The translations under genes and the position numbers were made by a program. Below the pieces are notes generated by a model that was given only the letters and a program-made list of their open reading frames with translations, was not told where the DNA came from and made no database searches. Below, piece after piece: positions 17,568 to 29,375 of a stretch of DNA of 64,000 bases. This DNA is from Balanoglossus misakiensis (taxonomy: Eukaryota > Animalia > Hemichordata). Every line of letters starts with the position of its first letter. Position 1 is the stretch's first letter. The DNA lies in NCBI GenBank assembly GCA_040954595.2, contig CM082594.2, forward strand, positions 8,315,573 to 8,379,572, given 5' to 3'.

Positions 17568-19134
17568 TTAAACTGTTGACAGAAAATCTTGTAATGCTGC
17601 TGTTTGAGATTGTTGCTGTGAGGTGTTCAAGATCTGTTGTAACATGCTGTGATTCCATTTCTTTTTCTGTTTCTTTGTGGATGATGGAGATGGGGTCGAC
17701 GATGCAGAGGGCATTCCTGGACTGTGTAAACTAAGAAAAGAAAGAAGATGTCAATTCTGTGTTGATGTAAGAGTGTAATGTGTACATAATCTAAATCAAG
17801 ACAGCATTTTATCTGCCTACCTGGATAACAGCTTAATATTCTTCTGGGTGTATTTCCTTGAACGGAAGTTCTCTGGGGTCTGGCTTTGGTGGAAACTTTT
17901 CTTAGTACGGTTCAAACTTCTTGAGGATGTTGAAGCTCCACTTCCAGAGTAGTTGAAGGTCTTCTTGCAAACTGAGCATGAAAGATTCTGACAGAAAAAG
18001 AGATAACAAATCGTCAACATGTGTATGGTTTTTATTAATCAATTGCAGAGTATAACATCAATATACAGATGAAAATTGCCGGCACATTTCCAGGACCCTC
18101 AAGCAAATCACTTATCTTACCAGATGATTTGTTCTGTGCTGAAATCGGTGTAAATATTTCCTCTGACTTTTTGGGAGATGATATCCTTTCTTGACTTTTT
18201 TCTCCAGTTTCTGTATACTTCTTGACTTCTTCTTCTTTGGTATCAGTCTAAATCTGTGCACGGCTGTGCTGATCAGGGTACCACACCATGGACAGCTGCC
18301 ATTGCATTCACCTGGAAGCAAGAAATAATTCGAGAATGGGTCGTCAAGTATCATGGGTGTCTGAGGCACTATAATCATATACTGCAGTTGTTTTATATAA
18401 TGACCTTGTTTAGATATAAGAAATGTTAATATCACAGGGTGCATGACATGTACATACACTGAAGGAACATGATAAGACTTCGAGTCAAGTATCAAGATCG
18501 GCTTTATCCCTTTTGTATTCTCATAAACAAGACAGAAATCAATCCCACCCTGTTGAACTTTTATTGCATTCACATACCGTTTGATTGCGACTGATTGTCC
18601 GAGAGTGTATTGGCTAACATGCTAGAAGGAGAAAAGATATAAGGACTTGATATTATTTTAATGTCAGGGCAAATAATTTGGGGTGTTTTGCATTTTATTT
18701 ACTACCATGAAAATAGTTTATACATTTATACAACCCCCATGTTTGATTTCAGGGCCAGGGGGGGGGGGGATTTGGGTATATGTCAGCATTTTTTTTTCAG
18801 CCACTGTTACGGCAAATAGTTATGACCAGTCCATCTTTTTACCCAAGGCATTGCAGCAGAAATGTTTCCCTTCTTGCCATCTGCTGACATTTTTTCTTTC
18901 AAAAATCCTCCATCCACCCCTCCTGAAATCAAATGGTTCTCCCTGATTATGAACAAGCCAAGTCACGTGATACTGGAAGGTTTCTGCTCTATTTGAATAC
19001 TAGCGTCTGTAAACTCACATGTAGTTTGCTGAAACTTCCGGCACCGTAGACGACAGCAAATCTCCGACATTCTTTCTAAATGCTACCTTTTTTGCCTGAC
19101 TTTCCCGTATCTCGCTCCACTTCGTACCCGACAT
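17568..19134 (-). CDS. C18orf21/RMP24-like protein (RNase MRP subunit, Rpr2/Snm1-type Zn ribbon), ~226 aa
   Basis: Phase-consistent coding exons 19134-19019, 18621-18578, 18311-18121, 17987-17821, 17730-17568, plus a non-coding exon with donor at ~19372. Two CxxC pairs (CPWCG, CSVCKK), basic RFRLIPKKK and C-terminal LQDFLSTV*. Confidence 0.75.
18742..18933. mobile_element. Probable MITE-like element in an intron of the C18orf21-like gene
   Basis: Inverted ends TTTGATTTCAGG (18742) and CCTGAAATCAAA (18922-18933) with internal G/C runs; a similar C-run followed by TGATTTCAAA occurs at ~13404-13427. No target-site duplication was identified. Confidence 0.45.
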
Positions 19135-19372
19135 ATTGCGCCGAATGGGGGCGATGTTCCCGTCAGGACACCACTGAAAAATGAAATAAGCACCTTATTT
19201 ACCTTGGACCTGTTGATATGTCTACAGGACAAAATAACAACGATTTAAAAAGTTGTAGACTGAAAACTACTTGTAGACATACCTGGACAAACAATAATCA
19301 AGTAAAATTTACAAGTGCATAAATAACCTTGTGTCAAACACGGTCAAACTATTCTACTTCCGTGGCCCTTAC

Positions 19373-19474
19373 CTTGGTTCAGACCCTTCGTTGTGATCCA
19401 AAATAAATCCCATCATGCACATATACTCACATCCGGGTTCTTCAGCTTCGCCATTTCCAATATGGCTGCCTCAG
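19373..19474. promoter_or_regulatory. Compact bidirectional promoter between the C18orf21-like gene and EIF4B
   Basis: ZNF143/Staf-like TCCCATCATGCAC (19408-19420), pyrimidine start TTCTTCAGC (~19438), YY1-like CGCCATTT and AATATGGCTGC overlapping the EIF4B ATG. Confidence 0.65.
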
Positions 19475-22400
19475 GTAAGCAACATGTTTCATCGAGTCAC
19501 CATGGAGCGTAACTTTTAAGCTTTTTATGAGAGTCTTTCGTGGTTCAAAAGTTGTGGGGAGTAAAACCTATATAACAAATGTCATTTTTGCGGAATGTTC
19601 GCCTTGACGATGTCCTTGCTAATTCTGCACATTCCCCTTAGTAAATGAATGGGTAGTGTGCAACGTACACTTACGTAGTTATACGTGTGATGTGATCGTG
19701 AACACGCGTTCTGCCCTAATTTTTTTTGTACCATATGCTTGAAAATACCGCAGTCGGACCGTAGTTTCCGCCTTCTATATAGTCACAATTCGGCAAACGT
19801 CAAACATGTGTCCAAGAACTGTCTTTCGATTGGCTTGCGTTTGGCTGTGTTCCCAGACCGCCTATTTTACACTCCCTCGAAGCCATACAATTTCCACCAA
19901 CGTGTTCAGATGCAATAGCATGATCTGGCAAGTAGGATTTCACTCTAATGAAGTGGTGTATCCGTTCGGCTAGTTTGTTGGCCAATCGTTTTATGAAGAA
20001 CTTTCAGTAACAGCACAAACAACAATCAACTGATATGGTAGTTGTTTGTTCCCAGTGGGGAATAAAATAAACGTGTTGACCTAGTTGTAAACTAGACACT
20101 GTCAGGACAAATATTAATTACTACACGTGTACGGAATATGTAAATGCTCACGACACGGCAGCAATGTCAGTGCGTCGTTCTTTAATAGATCATCTTGAAT
20201 ACACATATATCTTCATTCTTGAATACAACCAAATTAGGGCGTTAAAATAGGTTAGTTTTCCAAAATGTTTGCTTTCTATCTTGATGAATCCCAAGTTGTT
20301 CGATTTAGTGAAATTGACATAACAGCTATGCTATTCAATGAGTTGGTAGCAGTTGATTAATTTAATACAGTGTGTAACTGACCATTGTAGAATCTTTATA
20401 AATTGGAATAAATTAATGTGACATTGCCAGTCATCAAATTATCACAATATCAAGGGAATCAAAATTTCACATAGCAGGTTATGCACCATAGATTCTGTTG
20501 CAGTAATTGTTTATTATTGTGACTCATGAGCTGCCTAGTCCTGATGTGACGTGACGTCTTTCACAATACTAAACTCTGTTTTCTTCTGTACACAGGCAAG
20601 AAGAAGGGCAAGTTGAAGGGCAAGACCCTGAACTTGAATGAGTTTCTGTCCAATGATTCAGGAGGAGGTGGTGGTGGTGGCGGCGGCAGTTATGTCTTCA
20701 AATCTGGCAATTCCTGGGCAGATGAGACAGATGAGCTGGAAAATGATGGCGGTAAGTTATCCACATGAAAACACTTAATGTGTCACATAACCCGATCTGT
20801 TTGGTGCCAGAAATCCCAACATTCATTTTTGTTTATATTCACTTCTCACCAGATTTTCTTTCAGGTGCGTAATGCAAAACACATTCCTCATCTTGTTTAA
20901 CCCTCTCTTACCACACCAGGTGGGAGCTCAGCTTGGCCCGATTCTGATGTCTACAGTCAACCTGCCATTGATAGATCAAAGTTACCAACTGCACCGCGTA
21001 GTTCTCGACCCATAGATATTGACACCACCCGTCTACCAGCTGGTCCACCATACACAGCCTTCCTAGGCAATCTCCCATATGACTGTGAAAAGGATGATAT
21101 TTTCGATTTCTTCAAAGGACTGAAAGTAAGTTTCTTAGGATTACAGATTGTGTAACAACTCCTAAGAAGGGTGATTGCCGTATCATTGATAATTACTTAG
21201 CCATAAAATAACACTATCCATCCATATTTCACTTTTCATGAATGAATATATTGGTTCTAAAATTTCCTCAAAGTTCACTCTTACTGAACGGGTTTATTGA
21301 ATTTCTTCATCTGTGTCGTTGCAGATATCAGAAGTTCGTCTTCCAAGAGACGGAGGTGGAGAAGAGGGTCGGTTGAAAGGTTTCGGTTACGCAGAGTTTG
21401 ACGATGTTCAGTCATTAGTTGATGCTTTGGCTTTGAATAATGAGGTAGGTGATGAGCTGTGTGGTTGATACATTATATTATATTTAAAAAATGTGGCATA
21501 TCAGTGTCATTTTCCCCAATCAGAATGACAGATAGTAGCATGATATAATACAATTGCATATTTATCCCCGTTTTCCACATTCATTCACACAGAACTTGAA
21601 GAACAGGCGTCTGAGAGTAGACATCGCTGGCCAGTCACAGGGTACGTTTTTTTCTCATTCAATATTCTCTGTATGTGTTTCTAGATTTAGTCACGGGTAT
21701 GCCAGAAAATACAAAGACATTTGTTTGGAAAAGTATTTAACTTTGGATGTAATGGTATTCTGAAGAAAAAGCTACATCCTAATTAACTTTTGCCTGATTA
21801 CCAGAGTTCAGTCAACTATAGGGGTGTACTATTATTAGCCATGTGTTCTAATGGGAATCTGAACTGTACTCTAAAATTCCTATAAGAAGCAGCAGCTGGA
21901 AATAACATCCCCCTGTAATTGATATAGGTGTCAAGGTCAGAATGTGGCCTTAATTTGAGAGTGGCTTTAATTACAAATGTCGCAGTGGTGGTTGTAGTTA
22001 TGTGGCACATATATGAGTGCCAGTCTTGTATTTTCTATTTTGCCTGTGCAGGTAAATTTTTATAAAACTGTTTATGAAAATCTTGCATCATTTTCCTCAC
22101 TTATTGCCAGTATCTCAACACATGTACAATTTTTTTCCATTGTTTGTTTGATGTGTTTTCTTCGACAGACGGTGGTGGTGGACGGGATCGAGATCGTGAC
22201 ATGGGTCCCGACCGAACAGAGAGCGATTGGCGACGACCTGCAGCCGCTGATGATCCGCCACCTGCTTCATCGCGTGAAGATCGCTATCGTGATATTCGAG
22301 AATATGGTGGAGATCGAGGTAATGTGTCTTCGACTTGTTCTTTCATCGTTCCATCATCGACATGCGAGTTCACACAGGCAGTTCAATATCTACTCTCAAC

Positions 22401-25400
22401 ATTACGGAACTCATAGATGTCACAGTAGCATTCCATTGATTAATTCCTAGTGTCTCTTTGTCCTCTTCAGGTAATGACAAGTACGGTGGACGTGGCAGTT
22501 ACGACTCAGATCAACGAGGAGGAGATCAGGACCGATACGGCGGCAGAAGCAGAGGTTACAACGACTATGGTTAGTAGAGTGGACAAGTACCGCTTTGTAT
22601 GTTTGTCAGAAATAAGTTTAAATCACAAACAAACAAAATTATACAATTAAAAAAATCTGAGATGTGACTGTATACCTTTAATCAGATGGGATTCGAAGGA
22701 TTAAAGTAACAATATTTTTGTGTGGGTGCTTGTATCCCAAAATAAATATAAGCTTTGTGTATTCTCTTTCAGGGTATGATAGATCAGACGATAGGTATGA
22801 TCGTTACCGTGCCAACGACCAGTATAGCTCTTACGGGGGCTACAATGATTATAGGGGTCGGAATAGAGGTGGTTATAATGACTATGGTTAGTGGATAAGT
22901 ACTGGCAATGTAACAGAAAGTTTACTTACCATGTACTAACTGTAGTAGCCACGCCACATGTCATGCCATGCATTGGGCCATCTTAACGAGAAAGATGCCA
23001 GCTTTGTCAAATTGCATCACAGCTAAATAGTAACTTGCAGCGCTTGGAAAATTCAACAAAAAATAGAAACAATGCACAACTTTGGTTGTCATTTAAAACA
23101 AAGCGAGTTAACATACTATGTTTGAAATTTATATCCATCATTGATCATTTGTGAAGGATTTCTGCAAAGAAGCTAAAAATGGCTGTAAATGAACTTGGTT
23201 GTCATGGTAGACTGCGAAGCGTTTTGCTGGAGTTTTTTTTTTTTGCAGCGTCATATTGGATGTTGTGTACACAAGGTGTATGACAAGGAGCCATGGATAA
23301 TTGAAGTACATTGCAAGATTAACAATCTTTTTACAGGGAGGGGTGTAGCTGTATCAGTGCAACACTTTCCTGAGCTACCAGGTATTGCAGGTAGATGGGT
23401 CTGTGGTGTACAGTTATTACACAATGGAAAGCATATCCTAGTGTATGCAGTTGATGTGCTAATGGCAAAACAGAAATCTGCCGCAGATGATGGTTTCGTG
23501 AAAGTGCAAATTTGTCACCCCAGAACTTTTATTTGGGGAAAGGGGGGTTTAGATTCAAACACAGATTGTGTGTTTCATTTATCCATGGCCCTATGTCAGA
23601 AAATAAGTAGTGTTTGAAACTTTTCAGGGACCGTTGAGTTTAGCTCATTCTGACCACCGTAACTGTTTTATCTCGACCCCCCAGGAAATGATAACAATTA
23701 CAACGACAGAGATAGGGGTTACAGGGACAACAGGGGATACGACCGCGGTGGTTACCGTGACGATAGATACGAGAGTGGCGGCGGTGGCTATGGCAGCAGG
23801 GGACGCTACGGCGACAGAGATCGGGGTTACGGTGAAAGGGACCGGGGTTACGGTGATAGGAGTCGTGGCTACGGAGACAGAGATTATGGCTATGGTGATA
23901 GTGGAGGTAATAGACTTCACCCAGAGACAAACCTCTGAAATGCCTGTGATGGAACTTGACCCTTGTTTCTTGCAATATAAATTGACCCAATAATAATTAA
24001 GGAGTTGTGAAAGTATTATTTGCAAAGGAAGTAATCTTCAATGTGCAGTGTGATTGTGGATGATTTCGTGTAGCTTGTGTTCATGGTCTCGCCTACTGAA
24101 ACAGACCATTGAATATATGTTTATAGGGAGGAAGGCAGGTAGGTACAGTGTAGGGGCGTGTGTATGTATGTGTTGCAGTGTTTGAGCTGTATGTTAGCAT
24201 CTGGGTATAAAAATTTGCGGATCTTGCTTCCATAACCTGCCTTTTTCCGTTGTCATCTTTCAATGCCTTTGAATTATCATACTATTCTCATGACTTCACA
24301 GGTTCTGATGACAGGAGAGATGGCAGGAGGTCATTTGGGTCAGGATATCGAAACGATGACAGGCCAGACTACGACAGAGGTGGTGGGTATAGCAGCAGAG
24401 GAGGAGGAGGAGGATACGAGAGGAGGGATCGCTATGAAAGAGACGGTGACAGTCGCTATGGCAGCAGAGATGATCGCTATGGCAGCAGAGATGATCGCTA
24501 TGGCAGCAGAGATGATCGCTACGGCAGCAGGGATGATAACCAGGATGGAGGTGAAGTATTCTTTTTAATACATACATACATTCAAGAAAAGTAAACTCTG
24601 CACCTGCCACCTATGCTTGTATTACTGTTGCTACAGTAATTAACCAAGTCTCGCGAGATCTCACAATGACCGGAAAATCACCTATTGATCTAATACAAGT
24701 TTCTCCTCTTTTAATATTAAATTGCAGATGCTCCAAGAGAACGAAAAAAATTACAGCTGAAGCCCAGAACTCAACCCATTGAGAAGGCCAAATCACCACC
24801 ACCTGCAGCTAAGACGGCAACTTCAAGTTCAATTTTTGGCGGTGCTAAGCCTGTTGACACGGCAGCCAGAGAGAGACAGATTGAAGAGAGAATTTTAAAA
24901 GAAAAACAACTTGAAGAAGAAAGAGCGCAGTCAGAAAAACAAGAATATGTCAAAAAGGACAGGTGTGTATCAAAATACTTTGTTTTCTTAACAGTTTTAG
25001 TCATAGAAAGCTGATATGTTGTGTGTCTCTATCCAAGCTGGCCACAGAGGGCGATGTTTGGGGAAAATTCCCAAATGTGGTGTGTGCAGAAGAACTGTGC
25101 CATTGATTTTGAACTGATGTTTTATTTGCTGGTAACACTGCCTGTGTCTATTTTCGAGACAGTTGGAGGGAAAATCGTCCACGGCGGGACAGTGATCGAT
25201 CCAATGAAGGATGGGAAGGAGCATCCCGGACACGGCATAGCAGTTCTGGTTCAGGGTCAGGATCAGCAAGAGGAGGTCCTAAACCAGGTACTGATCAATT
25301 CCCTATATATCTTACTGTGTCTAGCATTGAATCAAATATTGCTTGGGCCCTATGATGTTAAAGCCTTATAGTGTGGATGATGATTGAAATCCGTCTTCAT

Positions 25401-28400
25401 GCAATTTATCAGAATCTATAACACAAACGATGTGTTTGTTTCTTGTTACAGTGATGCGCTCGCGGAAAGACAGCGATCATTCGGATCACAGCGACACGGT
25501 GTTCAAAGAAGAAGCCGACAAAGAAGTTGAACCTCCAAAGCCAGCTGAGGAACCCAAAAAGGTTGTACCCGCTCCGCCGCCCAAAGAGAATCCATGGACT
25601 AAGCGGTCTGCACCGGTGGACGTCAAACCAGCCCCTGTTCAGAACACTGAAAGCAAATCGCCGCAACCAAAACCGTCGCCCAAGGAGTCCTCCTCGCCCC
25701 CGCAGGCTCTGCAGCAGTCGCGAAAAGAATACGTCGACGCCCCGCCACCAAAGGAAAACGTGTGGGCGAAAAGATCTGTGACTACCCCTCCCAGTTCTTC
25801 AACGCCTCCAGATAGAAGACAAGGTATGTCCAATACACCCTTTTTCAAAAGTCTACCGCCCTCGTGCAGCTATCATGAATTTGAACTCAAAGCCAATTGG
25901 GAAACCCCCTGGATGTGATTGGTCAACTTTCCCTCAATTAGGCCCGCAAATTCCAGATGGCTGTGTGAGGGCGCTAGCCTAAAAGTAAAATCTGTCTTCC
26001 TTTTAGGTTTATAACTTATAACTCAACCCATGTCAACACAGCATGTGTGCAGCCTAATTCAGTCAGCCTTCAGAACATGCCTGTCTCTCTCTCTCTCTCT
26101 CTCTCGCTATGGGGAGTCAGATGTGTGTCTGCTGATGCCAGACAAACCTCATTCGTAGCGTACCAATCCTTGTCGCATTTGATAAATCGCTCGAGTTGCC
26201 ATAAAATATAGTGGAAATGAAAGTGGAAATCTAATAAGAGAGGCAAAAGTTCAAATGATAACCAATTGAATTTCAGATATGCATAAAATATTTATATCTT
26301 AGTAAAATCCAGTCAACCCCTGTAGTGCAGATTTCCTTAAAGTATAATTTAGTGATTTTCAAGATGCATTCTGTGATAATCAAGTTTGTTGAGAGTTTCA
26401 TTCAAATGATAGGCTTGTATCATTTATCATGGAAGTCCAAATTGCCATATCTCCATACAAATCACTGTTTCTCTCTTTGTATGACCATAAATTTTCGTGT
26501 CTTCCTGTGGTTATGTCACGAGACATGACTTGTTAATCAGTCGACATCGCTTTCTGCATTCACTGAAAAGCATGTTTAATGATCAGGGTTGGGGCCGGGT
26601 TAATTTCAAAGCGGCAAATTTATTTTCAAGATGACAGTTTGAATGAAAATCGATTACTGACACCACTAATCCTCTGCATGTGTGGACGGATGTGAACTCG
26701 GTGGTCAATACCCCAGTCTTTTTGGAAATGCAGCGTGAAAAACCTTTGTAATGATATGGAAATGCGTGAAGCACTCGTGAAACAATAGCAAAGATAGTGA
26801 ATGTTGTTCTGGACTTATGGGGAGGGTATAGGTGCAGCTTTACCCAGGGATGTCATGCTCTACCATTGCATTTAACTCGCTTCATCATTATCTTTTGTTA
26901 CATTCATCCATACCAAGCTGCCTTTCTTTATTCTGACGTCTCACCTTTCACACTGGCCATGGTGTCTGTTTCTTCAAATGCTAATAGGCACGACTTCACA
27001 AAGAAGTTGGGATGAAGTAAAAGTTATTCAACCTAAATAGACCCCCTGAGGAACACAGAGTTTCTCTCCGTTGAATTTTTTTTAAACTTCTAACAACCCT
27101 GTCTGTGCACAAGAATTTGAAACCATAGCAACGGTTTCACTTTGTGCAGTCTTCGCATTGTCAGTATATCACTGTGAAAGGATGAACCCACCCAGAGTTT
27201 CTTTATTAAGTCCCTGACCTAATACTTATATCAGCATGTGTTCCGTTTGGATTTGTCCTGTTAGTGCTGTCACAATCTGACAGATGGAAATGGGATCTGT
27301 ATATAGAATTCAGTGGGACGTATAATCTGAAGTGCAGCCAGCTGTGATGGATTTTTTGCCAGCATTGTGTTTCATTCTGTTCTGTGACTTGCATTGTGGG
27401 CAGTCTGTGAGTGACCCTTATTGGTATATGTATCACATCTTGCGAGAAATTTATTCCATGGGATTTGCAGCATCCCCCCACCCCCCCAACCCGTCCACAT
27501 GCACACACGTCCTTTACACGTGCTCTCACACGTCACCTCCCCAACACGCACACACACACTCCTCGAAAACACAGACGGACAACACCCATATTTCAAGTGT
27601 CTTAAATCCTGGAAACTGTTACAATATGAAATACTTTGCATGCACAGTGAAAACGCTGCTAGGAATAACTGTCCTCGGGAATGAATATAATTGTAAGATC
27701 AGGGTTTATAGCTTTCCTCGGTTGGAATTACTTGGAGTACTTGCTGGTTTGGGGACCAGGTTGCTCTCAGCCGCTCTGACGCATTGCAATTCTCAATGAC
27801 GCAAGAAACCATTTCATTGCATTTATAAATACTTGAGGGCTGTGTCAGTAAAAATTTATTTCTCATATTGACTCAGCTGCCGAGATACAGTGAACTTTTT
27901 GAGAAAGTTCACTGTACGAGGACAGTTGAAGTAACCTTTGATCACTTTTTAATATTTTAAGTTGTGTGTCAATTACCTGCTAATGTATAATGTATTTACA
28001 AGAATATATTTTGGATTGTATTTTTACAGAGAGTAATCGTCCTGCTGGACGTGGAAGAGGATCTGGTGACAGAAATCGACAGGATGACAGACGCTCGTAT
28101 CCAAAAGGCCGCGATGAAGATCAAACTGATCGACGGAAAGACGATAGAAAAGAAAGGAAAAATTCAGAACCGAGAGAGCCCAAGGAGATGCCCAAGTACG
28201 AGGAACCCAAACCTCAGGTAAAAGAGTTTATACCGCTGTTTGTCTCGTGCCATCTAGTTCCATCATTATTTACTTGCATTTTAATTGATCCTCGCTGCAT
28301 TGACATTTGAATCTGTTGAATCAATTATGGGTTTACGACTAGTGGATGATTAATACAGAATTAGAGCTAAGACCATCGTAATAGAGTTCCATCAGCTGCT

Positions 28401-28797
28401 TTAATTATCCGTTCAGGTGAACGACACCACATTAAATTGTTTGGATACTAGTAAAGACAGACACAGCATCAGTGTTGACCTTAGCTGGTGTGTTATTTAA
28501 AGCTCAGCTCAAAATTGATCTGTACGGCAGCTGTGCTTTTTAAAACACGATTATTGGCAATCCAAACAAGAAAATTACCTAATTGGTTAACTATATACCA
28601 GAGATATAAATAGTTCTGAAATACAAAATGGCCAAGGCAGAAAATACAGGCTTGTTTGGTATTTTGTTGAACAATCAATATATTTTATGTTTCAACTTTG
28701 TATTTTTCAGGCATGGGGCCAGCAGAGCAAATTTTCTGCACTTTTGAACGAAGGCGAAGATGTCGACAACGATGAGGTTGCCAACGATTCCAATTAA
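19462..28797 (+). CDS. EIF4B: Eukaryotic translation initiation factor 4B
   Basis: Exons approx 19462-19474, 20596-20751, 20920-21125, 21325-21444, 21592-21641, 22169-22318, 22471-22569, 22773-22886, 23685-23906, 24302-24550, 24728-24962, 25160-25287, 25452-25822, 28031-28217, 28711-28797. Contains MAASGKKK..LNEFL, SWADE, LPTAPRS, the RRM (PPYTAFLGNLPYD, LKGFGYAEF), the DRYG region, KLQLKPR, SIFGGAKPVDTAARE, APPPKENPW and SKFSAL. Confidence 0.96.
26085..26105. repeat. (CT)n microsatellite
   Basis: Short perfect dinucleotide run in an EIF4B intron. Confidence 0.9.
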
Positions 28798-29014
28798 ATC
28801 CATGTGTCTCATGATTGGTGTGTTTGATGCAGAATTTATCAAAATTTGACTGGATGTTTACCGTTCGTCTAACCAACTGGCAGAAAAAAAATACCGCAGT
28901 TAACATCTTCGATAGAGACTTGATTCTTTGTGAGTTTGAAGTTGTGGCCTTGTAAAGTTTTGGTCAACCATTTTATCCAGTAGATGTCAGTGTTCACACC
29001 AACATGTAATCTAG

Positions 29015-29375
29015 CTGTGTGATTGGGGTTTTCCAGTCATGTGATTTGCCTACAAAGGGACATTTTTCCTTATATTGACATGCTATTGTATACACCAAAT
29101 GTATCGCGTCGTGTGATTGGGATTCAGATTCCAGTCACGTGATTCTCCCAGTAGCTTGGTCAGATTGTGTCCTTATAAGGACATTTCCCCCCATATGGAC
29201 ATATCTGCATATCCTTTTAAGGCCATCATCATTATCTAGACACGTCTAGACGTCCTTATATGGATCTTTTCTTTATTGGACATGCCATTGATTTCAAAAA
29301 CACGCAATCCATTCGCGTGATTGGATTTTAGCCTTAGTCATGTGACACCCAGCGTCCTAATCAGGACATTTTTGA
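29015..29375. promoter_or_regulatory. Repeated module cluster (GTGATTGG..AGTCAYGTGA plus CArG-like boxes) in the EIF4B 3' region
   Basis: Three copies of GTGATTGG..(C/T)AGTCA(C/T)GTGA at ~29019, 29113 and 29316. Perfect CC(A/T)6GG boxes at 29171, 29213 and 29254, plus several degenerate copies. Lies upstream of AATAAA at ~29474. Confidence 0.55.

Noticed and set aside
19100-19180. GC-rich stretch that looked tRNA-like
   Set aside because: No cloverleaf or A/B boxes; it is the first coding exon of the C18orf21-like gene on the - strand.
23610-24025. Thr/Val-rich repetitive ORFs on both strands
   Set aside because: Alternative frames of the EIF4B DRYG exon 23685-23906.
27332-27799. 155-aa ORF with a signal-peptide-like start in an EIF4B intron
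   Set aside because: Non-ATG first codon, low-complexity CA-rich sequence, no recognisable domain and no convincing exon structure.
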